64,000 bases of DNA from Candidatus Shapirobacteria bacterium (GTDB taxonomy: Bacteria > Patescibacteriota > Microgenomatia > UBA12405). A program made the position numbers and the translations under genes. The stretch lies in assembly GCA_041661765.1 (NCBI GenBank), contig JBAZTV010000001.1:231983-295982 (forward strand), given 5' to 3'. The notes beneath the pieces were generated by a model. It made no database searches. It was not told where the DNA came from and worked only from the letters and a program-made list of their open reading frames with translations. Below, piece after piece: positions 29,367 to 38,923 of the stretch; position 1 is the first letter of the stretch, and every line of letters starts with the position of its first letter.

Positions 29367-30884
29367 TTATTTCCACATTCCTATCAACAATGAAGATACT
29401 GGTAAAATAATTATTTTACCAGAAGCCTTTTCCTTAACGGAAGGTATTGAATCAGTAGTAATAATTTTAGTCACTCCATAATCAAAAAGTTTTTGCCATT
29501 TTTTTCCAGAAAAAATACCATGTGTAACCACCACCAAAATATCTTCCACTCCATTTTCGTGAAGTTTTTTTACACAATTAATTAGAGTATGTCCTGTATC
29601 TAAAATATCATCAATCACAATAGCCTTTTTCCCCTCTATTTTTCCACTACAAATCACTGAAACTGGACCAGAACCACAATGTCTTTGTTTTGCAAACACC
29701 ACCAACTCACCAGCAATATTTAATTCTCGTTTTAATGCAGTTGCCCGTTTTAATGCTCCATTATCAGGAGATACTATTAAATCTGCCTCAAAATTTAATT
29801 CTCTAATTTTTTTAACAAATAAATTTATCGGCGAAATAGAAGTAATTGGAATTTTAAAAAAATTTAAAGCATCTTCACTATGAAGGTCTATTGTATAAAG
29901 CTCTGTCACTCCAGCATTTTCAAAAAATTTAGCCATCAAACTTGCTGCCAGATCTTCTTTTGGATTATTTTGATCATGGCGCATATAAGCCAAATAGGGG
30001 ACAATTGCTAAAATTTTTTTAACTCCTTCTTTTCTTAAAGTGTGACAAACCAAAAAAAATTCCCACATTTGATCGTGAGGTGGAGCTATTGTTCCAATAA
30101 AAACAACTGGCAAGTTTTTAACCTTTGAATGAATTAAAATTTGAAATTCTTGATTAGTAAAATGAATCAATTCATAACTACCTTGTTCAAAATTTGAAAA
30201 TTTTAAAAATTCCTGGCCTAAATCTTTGAAATTAGGCATACAAAAAATAAGCGGCCTATTTTTACTCATTATTTCAATCACTTCTTTGTCTTCTATCTGC
30301 GGAAAATCTTCATAATAAGCCCCCACTGCCCCTTCAAAAATTAATGGCGTAGAACAAGCAATAATTTCATCCACTTCTTCTTTTAGTTTATTAACAGTAT
30401 CTCTGGGTGATATTGGAACTGCTATTACAATTTTTTTTGGTTTTGCCAATTTTACTTCTTTTATTGCCGCCGCCATTGTTAAACCAGTAGATAAACCATC
30501 ATCAACTAATATAATCGTCTTTCCTTCTAGTCGAATTTGTGGTCGTTTGCCTCCATACTTAATTCGTCGTCTTTTTGTTTCCAAAAGTTGTTTCTCTGCT
30601 TCTTTAACAAACCATGCCCGATCTATATTTTCAGTTTCCTTTTTATTTTTTACCAGCATTCCCGACTCGGAAATCGCCGCCACTGCATATTCGGAGTTAG
30701 TTGGATGGCCAATTTTTCTAACGATCACAATACCAAAAGGCAACGAAAGTTCTTTGGCAATAATATTAGCCGTGATGGCGCCTCCGCGGGGTATTCCTAA
30801 AACTACAGCATCAGTATCTTTAAATTTAATTAAAAGTTTAGCTAATTGTTTGGCCGCCTCAGGTCTATTTTGAAATTTAATCAT
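29367..30884 (-). CDS. prs: Fusion of a phosphoribosyltransferase and ribose-phosphate pyrophosphokinase
   Basis: N-half: GIPRGG, RKIGHP, LVDDGLSTG; C-half: PYLAYMRHD, DLHS, SPDNGA, IDDILDTGHT, THG. Confidence 0.85.
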   Translation of the reverse strand: MIKFQNRPEAAKQLAKLLIKFKDTDAVVLGIPRGGAITANIIAKELSLPFGIVIVRKIGHPTNSEYAVAAISESGMLVKNKKETENIDRAWFVKEAEKQLLETKRRRIKYGGKRPQIRLEGKTIILVDDGLSTGLTMAAAIKEVKLAKPKKIVIAVPISPRDTVNKLKEEVDEIIACSTPLIFEGAVGAYYEDFPQIEDKEVIEIMSKNRPLIFCMPNFKDLGQEFLKFSNFEQGSYELIHFTNQEFQILIHSKVKNLPVVFIGTIAPPHDQMWEFFLVCHTLRKEGVKKILAIVPYLAYMRHDQNNPKEDLAASLMAKFFENAGVTELYTIDLHSEDALNFFKIPITSISPINLFVKKIRELNFEADLIVSPDNGALKRATALKRELNIAGELVVFAKQRHCGSGPVSVICSGKIEGKKAIVIDDILDTGHTLINCVKKLHENGVEDILVVVTHGIFSGKKWQKLFDYGVTKIITTDSIPSVKEKASGKIIILPVSSLLIGMWK

Positions 30885-31060
30885 AATTATATCGCCAATA
30901 ATCTTTAATCAAACATCTTAAATCTATAAAATATTAATTAAAAAATTATTAAAATTTAAATCTATCATTTAATAAATTTTTTAAAAAATTAAGATACAAC
31001 TAATCAGTTAAAAAATACCAAAAAATTAACTAATTATTTTTTAATATAAGGAAAAACATT

Positions 31061-31258
31061 ATGTTGCAAAATCATATTTATAACCTCATGGCTCAAATGG
31101 TTCAGGAAAACAAGAGTCTTTGGAGAATCAAAAATAAATATTTAGCCGATTCCACCGACTGTCCAGAATGTCAACTATTTTTTACAAAATTAACTGAAAA
31201 AAAAGAAGCCACTATTGCTGAACTTTTAATGCTCATCAAATCCGAAATAAATAAATAA
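31061..31258 (+). CDS. Small helical protein with CxxC
   Basis: YNLMAQMVQENKSLWRI...CPEC; AAGGA upstream. Confidence 0.7.
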   Translation: MLQNHIYNLMAQMVQENKSLWRIKNKYLADSTDCPECQLFFTKLTEKKEATIAELLMLIKSEINK

Positions 31259-31292
31259 ATATCTTTAATAATATTTATTTATTTAAAATACC

Positions 31293-31892
31293 ATGAATAA
31301 AAACAATTTAGATCTTTTAACCCCGAACAACAGTGTTCTACTATTAGTTGATTATCAACCCTCAATGTTTAAAGGTGTTGGTTCGGGTGATCGAACCCTC
31401 ATTAAAAATTGTGCCATGGCCACCGCCAAAGCCGCCAGTATTTTAAATGTGCCAACAGTCTTGACTTCAATTAATCCCGAAGGAAATGGTGAATTCATTA
31501 AAGAAATTACCGATCTTTTCCCTAAAATCAAAGTCATTGCCCGTAAAATGCCTAGTTTTGATGCCCTAGAAGAAGAAGCAGTTTTAGCTGCAATCAAAGC
31601 GACCAGACACAATAAATTAATTGTCTCCGGTTTATGGACTAGTATGTGTTTTGCCTTCACCACCCTCCATGGTTTACGCGAAGGAATGGATGTTTATGGT
31701 TTAATGGATGCCGCAGGGGATTCAACTCACGATGCTCATAAATTTGGTATTAAACGTATGTTGCAAGCCGGTGTTATCCCCACTACTTGGGAAACAATTA
31801 CATCAGAATGGATGCATGACTGGACCAACCCAAAAGTGCCAGAATTAATGAAAGAAGTTTATGGTAAATATGATGTAATGCTGGGAATGTAA
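31293..31892 (+). CDS. Isochorismatase-family hydrolase (YcaC-like)
   Basis: LLVDYQP, GLWTSMC, RMLQAG. Confidence 0.9.
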   Translation: MNKNNLDLLTPNNSVLLLVDYQPSMFKGVGSGDRTLIKNCAMATAKAASILNVPTVLTSINPEGNGEFIKEITDLFPKIKVIARKMPSFDALEEEAVLAAIKATRHNKLIVSGLWTSMCFAFTTLHGLREGMDVYGLMDAAGDSTHDAHKFGIKRMLQAGVIPTTWETITSEWMHDWTNPKVPELMKEVYGKYDVMLGM

Positions 31893-31907
31893 CCACAATC
31901 AAAAAAA

Positions 31908-32831
31908 ATGGCGAAAATAAAAAAAATTTTAATAATCGCCATTGTTATCTGTTTCACCGTTTTGTCACTAGCTGGAATTTTAAAATTCCATGAATTATTA
32001 AAACCCTTTAATATTCCATATAACAATTTACCAATGTCGCAAATTTCAGTTTTACATGATTGGGCAGGATTAACTCTTATTTTTTTAATTTTAATCCACC
32101 TAATTGTTCAAAGGTCTTGGTTTACTGGTCAATTTAAAAAAAATAAAAAAGGCTCTACAAAAATTTTATTTTTAATACTAATAGGAATTGGAACTTTTTT
32201 GTTAGCAAGTTTTTTGATTAATAAATATTTATTCCAACAACCGGAAAGTATAAAAAAATTAGAAAGTATAGAAATCAAAGATTATCAGGGCGAAAATTTA
32301 TCGTCCATATCTGATTTTAGAGAAAATTCCATTAAAGGTCCGCAAAATATCGACATTAAAAATTATGTTTTAAATATTGATGGATTGGTCGATAAAAAAT
32401 TATCTCTAACTTATGATCAAGTTTTAAACCACAACCAATATACTAAAATAGTCACTCTTAATTGTGTTGAAGGCTGGTCAGCTAAAATTTTATGGCAAGG
32501 AGTTTTAATAAAAGATCTATTAACTGAAGCGGGGATAAAGCCGGGAAGTAATACTGTTATTTTTTATGCCGTTGATGGTTATTCTTCTTCTCTTTCTCTA
32601 GATTATGTCACTAATAATAATATTACTTTAGCCTACAAAATAAATGGAGTTGTTATTCCTCCAGAAAGAGGATTCCCATTTCAAGTGGTAGCTGAAGATA
32701 AATGGGGCTACAAATGGGTTAAATGGGTAACCAAAATAGAAGTTTCTAATGACCCAAATTATAAGGGGTATTGGGAAAATGCTGGTTATAACCAAAATGG
32801 AGATTTAAAGGGTTCAAAATATGAAAATTAA
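31908..32831 (+). CDS. Membrane-anchored molybdopterin-binding oxidoreductase (sulfite oxidase/MsrP-like) with an N-terminal His-containing TM domain
   Basis: LHDWAG...IHL TM region; LNCVEGWS, GFPF, GYKWVKWV, GYWE. Confidence 0.85.
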   Translation: MAKIKKILIIAIVICFTVLSLAGILKFHELLKPFNIPYNNLPMSQISVLHDWAGLTLIFLILIHLIVQRSWFTGQFKKNKKGSTKILFLILIGIGTFLLASFLINKYLFQQPESIKKLESIEIKDYQGENLSSISDFRENSIKGPQNIDIKNYVLNIDGLVDKKLSLTYDQVLNHNQYTKIVTLNCVEGWSAKILWQGVLIKDLLTEAGIKPGSNTVIFYAVDGYSSSLSLDYVTNNNITLAYKINGVVIPPERGFPFQVVAEDKWGYKWVKWVTKIEVSNDPNYKGYWENAGYNQNGDLKGSKYEN

Positions 32832-32851
32832 TAATTTAAAAAAGGAAAAAT

Positions 32852-33112
32852 ATGAAAAATTCTAACTCAAAAAAACAAGCTAGAAAAAAAGGTAAGCTTA
32901 ATCCATTAGTCGCCGCCGGAGCTATTATCGGAACTGGTGTTGCAGTTGCTGGGGCAGTCGCCATGTCTGATAAAAAAAATCAAAAGAAAGTAAAAGAGAT
33001 GACAGATAATATTAAAAACCAAATGGAAAGTAAAAGAGATGAAGTTGAGAAAAAGGTTAAAAAAATAGGAACAATTATTAAAGATGCCGCAGATGAGGTT
33101 AAAAAAATATAA
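32852..33112 (+). CDS. YtxH-like small coiled-coil protein
   Basis: Gly/Ala hydrophobic segment followed by a charged coil; AAGGA RBS. Confidence 0.65.
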   Translation: MKNSNSKKQARKKGKLNPLVAAGAIIGTGVAVAGAVAMSDKKNQKKVKEMTDNIKNQMESKRDEVEKKVKKIGTIIKDAADEVKKI

Positions 33113-33136
33113 ATAATTCTAATATAATTTGCCTCA

Positions 33137-33165
33137 TTGACAACTATTGTAATTAATATTACTAT
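33137..33165 (+). promoter_or_regulatory. Near-consensus sigma70 promoter
   Basis: TTGACA (33137-33142), 17 bp spacer, TACTAT (33160-33165). Confidence 0.8.
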
Positions 33166-33170
33166 TAATT

Positions 33171-33250
33171 AACCTTACGGTGAAAGTTGTAAGGCTAGAG
33201 TTCAGAAATGTTACTCGCAAAAGCCCTCCTCGTAAAAAAGGAGGGCTTTT
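33171..33250 (+). ncRNA. Candidate ~80-nt small RNA or attenuator leader of unknown family
   Basis: Lies between the promoter and terminator; two GAAA-capped hairpins; no evident ORF. Confidence 0.55.
33219..33250 (+). terminator. Intrinsic terminator (possibly bidirectional)
   Basis: aaaagccctcct / aggagggctttt 12-bp inverted repeat ending in a T run. Confidence 0.85.
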
Positions 33251-33268
33251 GTTGTATTATTAACCAGT

Positions 33269-33562
33269 ATGGATGAAATTATTTCTTGCCCAAATTGCCA
33301 CCAGTCTCCTCCGCCTTCAACTTCTTTATCAAGTCAAATAATTCTTTATTTAAAAACTCTAATTCTTCCTCCATTTGGTTTTTTTTGGGGTTATCAATAC
33401 CTCCGTCAGCCAGATACTAGATCAAAATTAATTGGTATTTTGGTCGTAGTAATCACTATTATCGAAATTATTTTACTAATTCAATCTACTATTAATATGA
33501 TTAATATCGCCAATCTGCAAATGAGTCAGCAATTAAATGTTTACAATTCCAGCCTGTTTTAG
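33269..33562 (+). CDS. Small membrane protein with a single N-terminal CxxC
   Basis: CPNCH, LPPFGFFWG, TM segment. Confidence 0.7.
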   Translation: MDEIISCPNCHQSPPPSTSLSSQIILYLKTLILPPFGFFWGYQYLRQPDTRSKLIGILVVVITIIEIILLIQSTINMINIANLQMSQQLNVYNSSLF

Positions 33563-33632
33563 TGAAAGAACCACTATTTCAATTTCAAGATAAAAAATTC
33601 AAGTAAATAATACTCTATACTAATATTAGTTT

Positions 33633-34130
33633 ATGATCGAAATAGAAAGAACGTTTTTGGTTAAAAAAATACCTACCAATTTATCTTCATATAAATCTTG
33701 TCAAATTAAACAAGGTTACATTTCTTCATCACCATCGCCTTTGAGAATAAGGCAAAAAGGCGATAGATTTGAATTAACTAAAAAAATACCATTAAAAACC
33801 GGGGATTTTAGTTCAGCTGAAGAAATAAATATTTTATTAACAGAATATGAGTTTAATAAATTATGGTCATTAGTAGAAAGATTTTTAGAAAAAATCAGAT
33901 ATTATATTCCTCTTGGTAATAATTTAGTAGCAGAATTAGATATTTTTAAAGGAGAGTTAAAAGGACTAGTTTTTGTCGAAGTAGAATTTATTTCCCAAAA
34001 ACAAATGAAATCGTTTAAACCACTAAAATGGTTTGGTACAGATATCACTCAAGAAGACTTTTCTGCCAACAGTTTTTTGGCTGGAAAAAAAATTTCTGAA
34101 ATCAAACATTCTTTTAATTTGATACAATAA
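33633..34130 (+). CDS. CYTH-domain protein
   Basis: MIEIERTFLV, QGYI, LRIR, EVEF. Confidence 0.9.
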   Translation: MIEIERTFLVKKIPTNLSSYKSCQIKQGYISSSPSPLRIRQKGDRFELTKKIPLKTGDFSSAEEINILLTEYEFNKLWSLVERFLEKIRYYIPLGNNLVAELDIFKGELKGLVFVEVEFISQKQMKSFKPLKWFGTDITQEDFSANSFLAGKKISEIKHSFNLIQ

Positions 34131-34162
34131 ATCAGTTCTTTTAAAATGGCGTTATAAACAAG

Positions 34163-34306
34163 AGCGTGTGGTCCGCCCACTGACGGAATACGAGGAAAAG
34201 GGTCAATCGATTTATCTGCGGAAACCCTTAGGTTGTGATTGTCAGCCTTAATATTTTCTTTAAACCTTTGAAGTAATTCAAAAATTAAAGGGAAAATAGA
34301 ACAATT
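34163..34306 (+). ncRNA. glmS ribozyme (GlcN6P-activated), variant
   Basis: AGCG...ACGAGG-AA-AAGGGT..ATCGA..TCTGCGGA-A-ACCCTT core; GGTTG/CAGCC stem whose loop can pair with ACAATT (34301); GTAA-capped P4; located in the glmS leader. Confidence 0.8.
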
Positions 34307-34383
34307 GCCATTTCCACAAAAGAATACATTTGCCGGATTTTTAGGTATTTTTATTTGTTTAAAAATCTTGCATATATAAAAAC

Positions 34384-36141
34384 ATGTGTGGAATATTTGG
34401 CTATAAAGGCAGCTCTGACGCCGCCAATATTGTTTTATCTGGTTTAAAAAAACTTGATTATAGAGGTTACGATTCTTGGGGTATTGCTCTTAATTTTGGT
34501 CATAAAATTTTTCTAAAAAAAGACGTTGGTAAAATCAGTGATATTAAAAAAATTGATTTACCTTTTGGAAATATTTCTGTTGGTCACACTCGCTGGGCAA
34601 CCACCGGTTCAGTTTCTCAAATTAATGCCCATCCTCATTTTTCCACCGACAAATCTTTTGCTCTAGTCCAAAACGGCATTGTTGAAAATTTTGAGGAATT
34701 GAAATCCGATTTAAAAAAGAGAGGCTACCAATTTAAATCCGAAACCGACACTGAAGTTATTGTTCGTTTGATCGAAAGTCAAAAAAATAAAAATTTAATT
34801 AATGCCATCAGATCGGCTTTTTTACAGTTAAAAGGCCGCAATACTATTGCCGTTCTCGATTCCAAAAATAATCAAATTATTGCCCTCAGAAACGGCTCGC
34901 CTTTAATTATTGGCACCAATCAAAATGATTTTTATTTATCTTCCGACACTTTATCTCTCTCTGGTTTTGCCACTAAATACATCGATTTAGATAATTTTGA
35001 CATGGTTGTTATCAATAATAAAATTAATTTTTTTAATTCAAGAACCGGTCATAAAATTAATAAAAAATTAAAGGATTTAGAAATTTCTAATTTTTCTTCC
35101 GAGTTGGGTAGCTACGATCATTACATGATTAAAGAAATTATGGAAAGCCCAAAAGTTATTCAAAATATTGTTAATTCCGATCCAAAAAATGTTTTTAGAT
35201 TAGCCCAAGCCATTAAAAAATCCAAAACTGTTTATTTAATTGGTTCCGGCACTGCCGGTAATGCTGCCGCTCAAACTGCTTATTATCTTAAAAAGTATGC
35301 CCAAGTTTCGGCAATTAGTCTTGTTGGTTCTGATGCAAAAGATTATTACCAATTATTTTCTTCAAAAGACTTAATCATTGCTCCATCTCAAAGCGGGGAG
35401 ACCAGTGATGTTTTAGAAGTTTTGGAATTTGCCAAAACTAAAGGAGTAAAAATTGCTTCGTTGGTTAATATGCCCGGTTCTTCCATGTCCCGTCTTTCCA
35501 ATTTTAAATTTAGTTCCAATTCAGGTCCCGAAATTTGCGTCATGTCGACTAAAGTTTTTGTCGCCCAAATTGTTTGGGGCTATTTAATCGCCAAAACTGT
35601 CGCCGGCGATTATTACCAGGCCATCAAAGAGCTCCAAAAATTATCCGAATCAGTCCAAAAATATTTAACCGATCCCAAAAATATTAATCAAATTAAAAAA
35701 ACAGCCGACCTTCTTTTAAATACTCACGACATTTTTTTATTAGGCAAAGGTCAAAATTTTCAAATAGCCAAAGAGGGAATGATTAAATTAATTGAAGGCA
35801 CTTATAAACATGCCCACGCTATTCCCGCTGGCGATTTAAAACATTATGCAATCACCTTAATTGAAAAAAATGTTTTTGTTTTAGTTTTGCTTTCACCAGA
35901 TGATTTATCAGATTTAAACAGCGCCATTAACGAAATTCGTAGTCGGGGTGGCACCATCATTGGTCTTTTTAATCAAAAGCAAAATAATTTTGATTATTGT
36001 TTACAAACTCCAAAATTAGCCGAAACTGGCGCTATTTTTAATATTATTCCGCTTCAGTTATTAGCCTATTATCTAGCTGTTAAATTGGGGAATAATGTCG
36101 ACAAGCCCCGTAATATTGCCAAATCGGTCACCGTAAATTAA
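34384..36141 (+). CDS. glmS: Glutamine--fructose-6-phosphate transaminase
   Basis: MCGIFG, YRGYDS, GHTRWAT, SQSGET, PRNIAKSVTV. Confidence 0.97.
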   Translation: MCGIFGYKGSSDAANIVLSGLKKLDYRGYDSWGIALNFGHKIFLKKDVGKISDIKKIDLPFGNISVGHTRWATTGSVSQINAHPHFSTDKSFALVQNGIVENFEELKSDLKKRGYQFKSETDTEVIVRLIESQKNKNLINAIRSAFLQLKGRNTIAVLDSKNNQIIALRNGSPLIIGTNQNDFYLSSDTLSLSGFATKYIDLDNFDMVVINNKINFFNSRTGHKINKKLKDLEISNFSSELGSYDHYMIKEIMESPKVIQNIVNSDPKNVFRLAQAIKKSKTVYLIGSGTAGNAAAQTAYYLKKYAQVSAISLVGSDAKDYYQLFSSKDLIIAPSQSGETSDVLEVLEFAKTKGVKIASLVNMPGSSMSRLSNFKFSSNSGPEICVMSTKVFVAQIVWGYLIAKTVAGDYYQAIKELQKLSESVQKYLTDPKNINQIKKTADLLLNTHDIFLLGKGQNFQIAKEGMIKLIEGTYKHAHAIPAGDLKHYAITLIEKNVFVLVLLSPDDLSDLNSAINEIRSRGGTIIGLFNQKQNNFDYCLQTPKLAETGAIFNIIPLQLLAYYLAVKLGNNVDKPRNIAKSVTVN

Positions 36142-36953
36142 AGTCGATATTCTTTAATTAACTTATTTTCATTTTCCTGATTTATAAAAGCATGGACATC
36201 AATATATTTTTCAATACCAGAGCCATTAATTTTTTTCTTCAAAAGTTCATCAATTTGGAAAATTCCAGCCGAATTATTCATTGTTATATTCAATTGGATC
36301 GGTTTTTCTTTTCCTTCTTCAATATCAACTTTTTCAATAGCTGCTGACGAAACTGAATAAATATCTATTTTGTCTGATTCATAAGCAATTCTCGATCTAC
36401 CTTTACTCATGTCCAAGGCATCAGCAACTCGAACAATTCCAGCTTCCAAAGTTATTGGCTTACCATCACTTCTATGGCTAATAATTGAGTGTAAGACTTC
36501 AGAAATGATAATAGTTTTTTCGTAGATTGGTAAAAAATCAATAATTTGATGGAGTAAATTATTAGCTAAAAATAAACTATATGATTCATGATCTTTACGA
36601 TTCACTGTCATTCCTAGGTCATGTAAAACGCTTGCCAAAATCACAATCAATTCACCATATTGACTCGATAATTTATAGTCTTTCGTAATTGACATCTTCA
36701 CTCCATTAGCCACTAACATTCGTACAAATTTAACCGATATATTAGCAACTATTTGAAAATGAACATTGCCATGATCCGACATGGATAACCTTTCAACAGC
36801 ATTTACATTAATTATTTTCCAAAGAGCTTGCAGCTCTTCATTGGAATTAATATTTTCAATCGCTTTTTCCAATAAAACATTATTATTAATTGGAACATTT
36901 ATTTTAGGGTTAATGTTTTTAATTATTTTTTTCATATCTTTAAAGACATTCAT
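36138..36953 (-). CDS. HD-domain phosphohydrolase
   Basis: SDHGNVH, LHDLG, VADALDM. Confidence 0.88.
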   Translation of the reverse strand: MNVFKDMKKIIKNINPKINVPINNNVLLEKAIENINSNEELQALWKIINVNAVERLSMSDHGNVHFQIVANISVKFVRMLVANGVKMSITKDYKLSSQYGELIVILASVLHDLGMTVNRKDHESYSLFLANNLLHQIIDFLPIYEKTIIISEVLHSIISHRSDGKPITLEAGIVRVADALDMSKGRSRIAYESDKIDIYSVSSAAIEKVDIEEGKEKPIQLNITMNNSAGIFQIDELLKKKINGSGIEKYIDVHAFINQENENKLIKEYRL

Positions 36954-36979
36954 TGTATCATAAATATTAACAGCTCTAT

Positions 36980-38917
36980 CTAATCAATTAATTGGTTTAA
37001 ATCAGAAGTATCTAAATTATTAATTATTTCATTTAAGTTCCCCATAGCCACCCCAACCACTTTATCAGCTGCTCCATAATAAACTAAAAGTTCGCCATTT
37101 TTTACCACCATTCCGCAAGGGAATACTACATTATTTACATCACCGACTTTTTCATAACTAGTCTCTGGTTCCAATATTGGAAAACGAGTTTGACCAATAA
37201 CTTTATAAGGAGAATCCAAGTCTAACAATAACGCTCCAATACGATAAAAATGATCAATGTTACTTACCCCGTGATACAACAAAAACCATCCTTTATTGGT
37301 TTTTAATGGTGGGGTTGAGACTCCAGTTTTATCACCTTTCCAAGGTCTATTACCTATAACCAAACAAAAATCATCACCTAAATGTTCATTATTTTCAAAA
37401 TCGATACTGTCCATAAAACTCATTATCATCCCTTTTCCGCCAACCCTGTGAAAAAATATATATTTATTACCAATTCTTTCCGGGAACAAACAAGCATCTT
37501 TATTATCTTCTCCCTCATCAGAAATTATTATTGCTTTTTTCCAATTCCAATTTTTTTTTAAAAAATCGCTTACCAAAATCGAAGTAAATGCCACTTTTGG
37601 GGTGCTTATACTATTATAAGCGGTATAACAAATATAAAGCCGGTCACCGATAAGAGTAATCCTTGGATCCTCACATCCTGAAAAATTATTTTCCCCATTT
37701 TTATTTTCAAAATATTCCTTTGGGTAGTAAATTGGTTCATCACTTCTCCATTCAATATTAAAACCATCTGCTGTTTCTACTAATCCAAACGATGAAGTAT
37801 TATCTTTCGATAATGCCCGATAAATAATAAAAATTCTACCATTTATTTCAACTACCCCTGGATTAAAAGTCGCCTTTGCCTCCCATAATATTTTTAGTCT
37901 TGGTTGAATAATTGGATTTTTTTCAAACCTTTTTAATTGGGGGAGAAGCACTTTGTTTTTTTTTAACTCAATTATCAATTCAGCCAAATTTATTGTCGCT
38001 AAAGCACAATAATTATCAGCCGCTCCATAATAAATATATATTTGACCATATTCCAAAACAGCTCCAGACGGAAAAATAATATTCGGAGCAATTCCCGATA
38101 ATTCAAAATCTTCTTGTGGTAACATAAGTGGCTTAATCGTTTGTCCTAAAATTTTTAACGGATTACTAATATCCAGTAAAGCCGCTTCAATTCCAAAAGA
38201 AGCCTTGTTAATGGCAAAATAATTTTCTATATGGCAATAAATCAATACCCATCCATCTTCTGTTTCAATTGGCACAGCTCCAACTTCAATCAAATCACTA
38301 TTAACTCTTTCTAATCTAATCGTATTTTTTTCTAGAACCCAAAACCACTGTCGCCAATAGTTTGAATTCCAAATATCACTTTCTTTTTCAAAAGTTATCA
38401 AACCTATCCTTGAAGGCGGTCGGTCTGTATTCACAGCCAAAACTGCCACGAATTTTCCATTAATTTTTCGAGGGAAAAGAGTCATTGCTTTAGCATTAAA
38501 ATCAGTTACTAAATGTTTTTCCCAAGTTTTAAAATCTTTAGTTTTTGCCACAGCTACCTTAATTCCATTCGCATCAGTTGGGTAATTTCCAATCGCTGTA
38601 TAAAAAATATAATAAGTATCATCTATTTTAGTAATTCTCGGATCTTCTAATCCAAATTTTTCCCATTCATATTCTGGTACCAATAATTGTCTTCTCTTTT
38701 TAAAATTATACTTATCCTCACTTTCGGCAATGCTAATTGTTGAAAGAATAACTTCTTTTCCATCAATCATTTTATTTTTACCAATTGCCCTATAAACCAT
38801 CAAATATTTTTTTTTATCTTTAATCACGCTTCCATTAAACACAGCTAAATTTTCCCATTCATTTTTTGGATTTGGTTCTAGTATTGGATTGGCGATATAA
38901 CTTTTTACATTAACCAT
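36980..38917 (-). CDS. Tandem two-domain GH130-like glycosidase/phosphorylase
   Basis: Two copies of NPI..P / FN / EDPRIT / FP.G / YYGAAD. Confidence 0.85.
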   Translation of the reverse strand: MVNVKSYIANPILEPNPKNEWENLAVFNGSVIKDKKKYLMVYRAIGKNKMIDGKEVILSTISIAESEDKYNFKKRRQLLVPEYEWEKFGLEDPRITKIDDTYYIFYTAIGNYPTDANGIKVAVAKTKDFKTWEKHLVTDFNAKAMTLFPRKINGKFVAVLAVNTDRPPSRIGLITFEKESDIWNSNYWRQWFWVLEKNTIRLERVNSDLIEVGAVPIETEDGWVLIYCHIENYFAINKASFGIEAALLDISNPLKILGQTIKPLMLPQEDFELSGIAPNIIFPSGAVLEYGQIYIYYGAADNYCALATINLAELIIELKKNKVLLPQLKRFEKNPIIQPRLKILWEAKATFNPGVVEINGRIFIIYRALSKDNTSSFGLVETADGFNIEWRSDEPIYYPKEYFENKNGENNFSGCEDPRITLIGDRLYICYTAYNSISTPKVAFTSILVSDFLKKNWNWKKAIIISDEGEDNKDACLFPERIGNKYIFFHRVGGKGMIMSFMDSIDFENNEHLGDDFCLVIGNRPWKGDKTGVSTPPLKTNKGWFLLYHGVSNIDHFYRIGALLLDLDSPYKVIGQTRFPILEPETSYEKVGDVNNVVFPCGMVVKNGELLVYYGAADKVVGVAMGNLNEIINNLDTSDLNQLID

Positions 38918-38923
38918 TTTTAT

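Noticed and set aside
30885-31060. Extremely AT-rich intergenic stretch as a possible replication origin
   Set aside because: No DnaA-box cluster; consistent with a divergent promoter region
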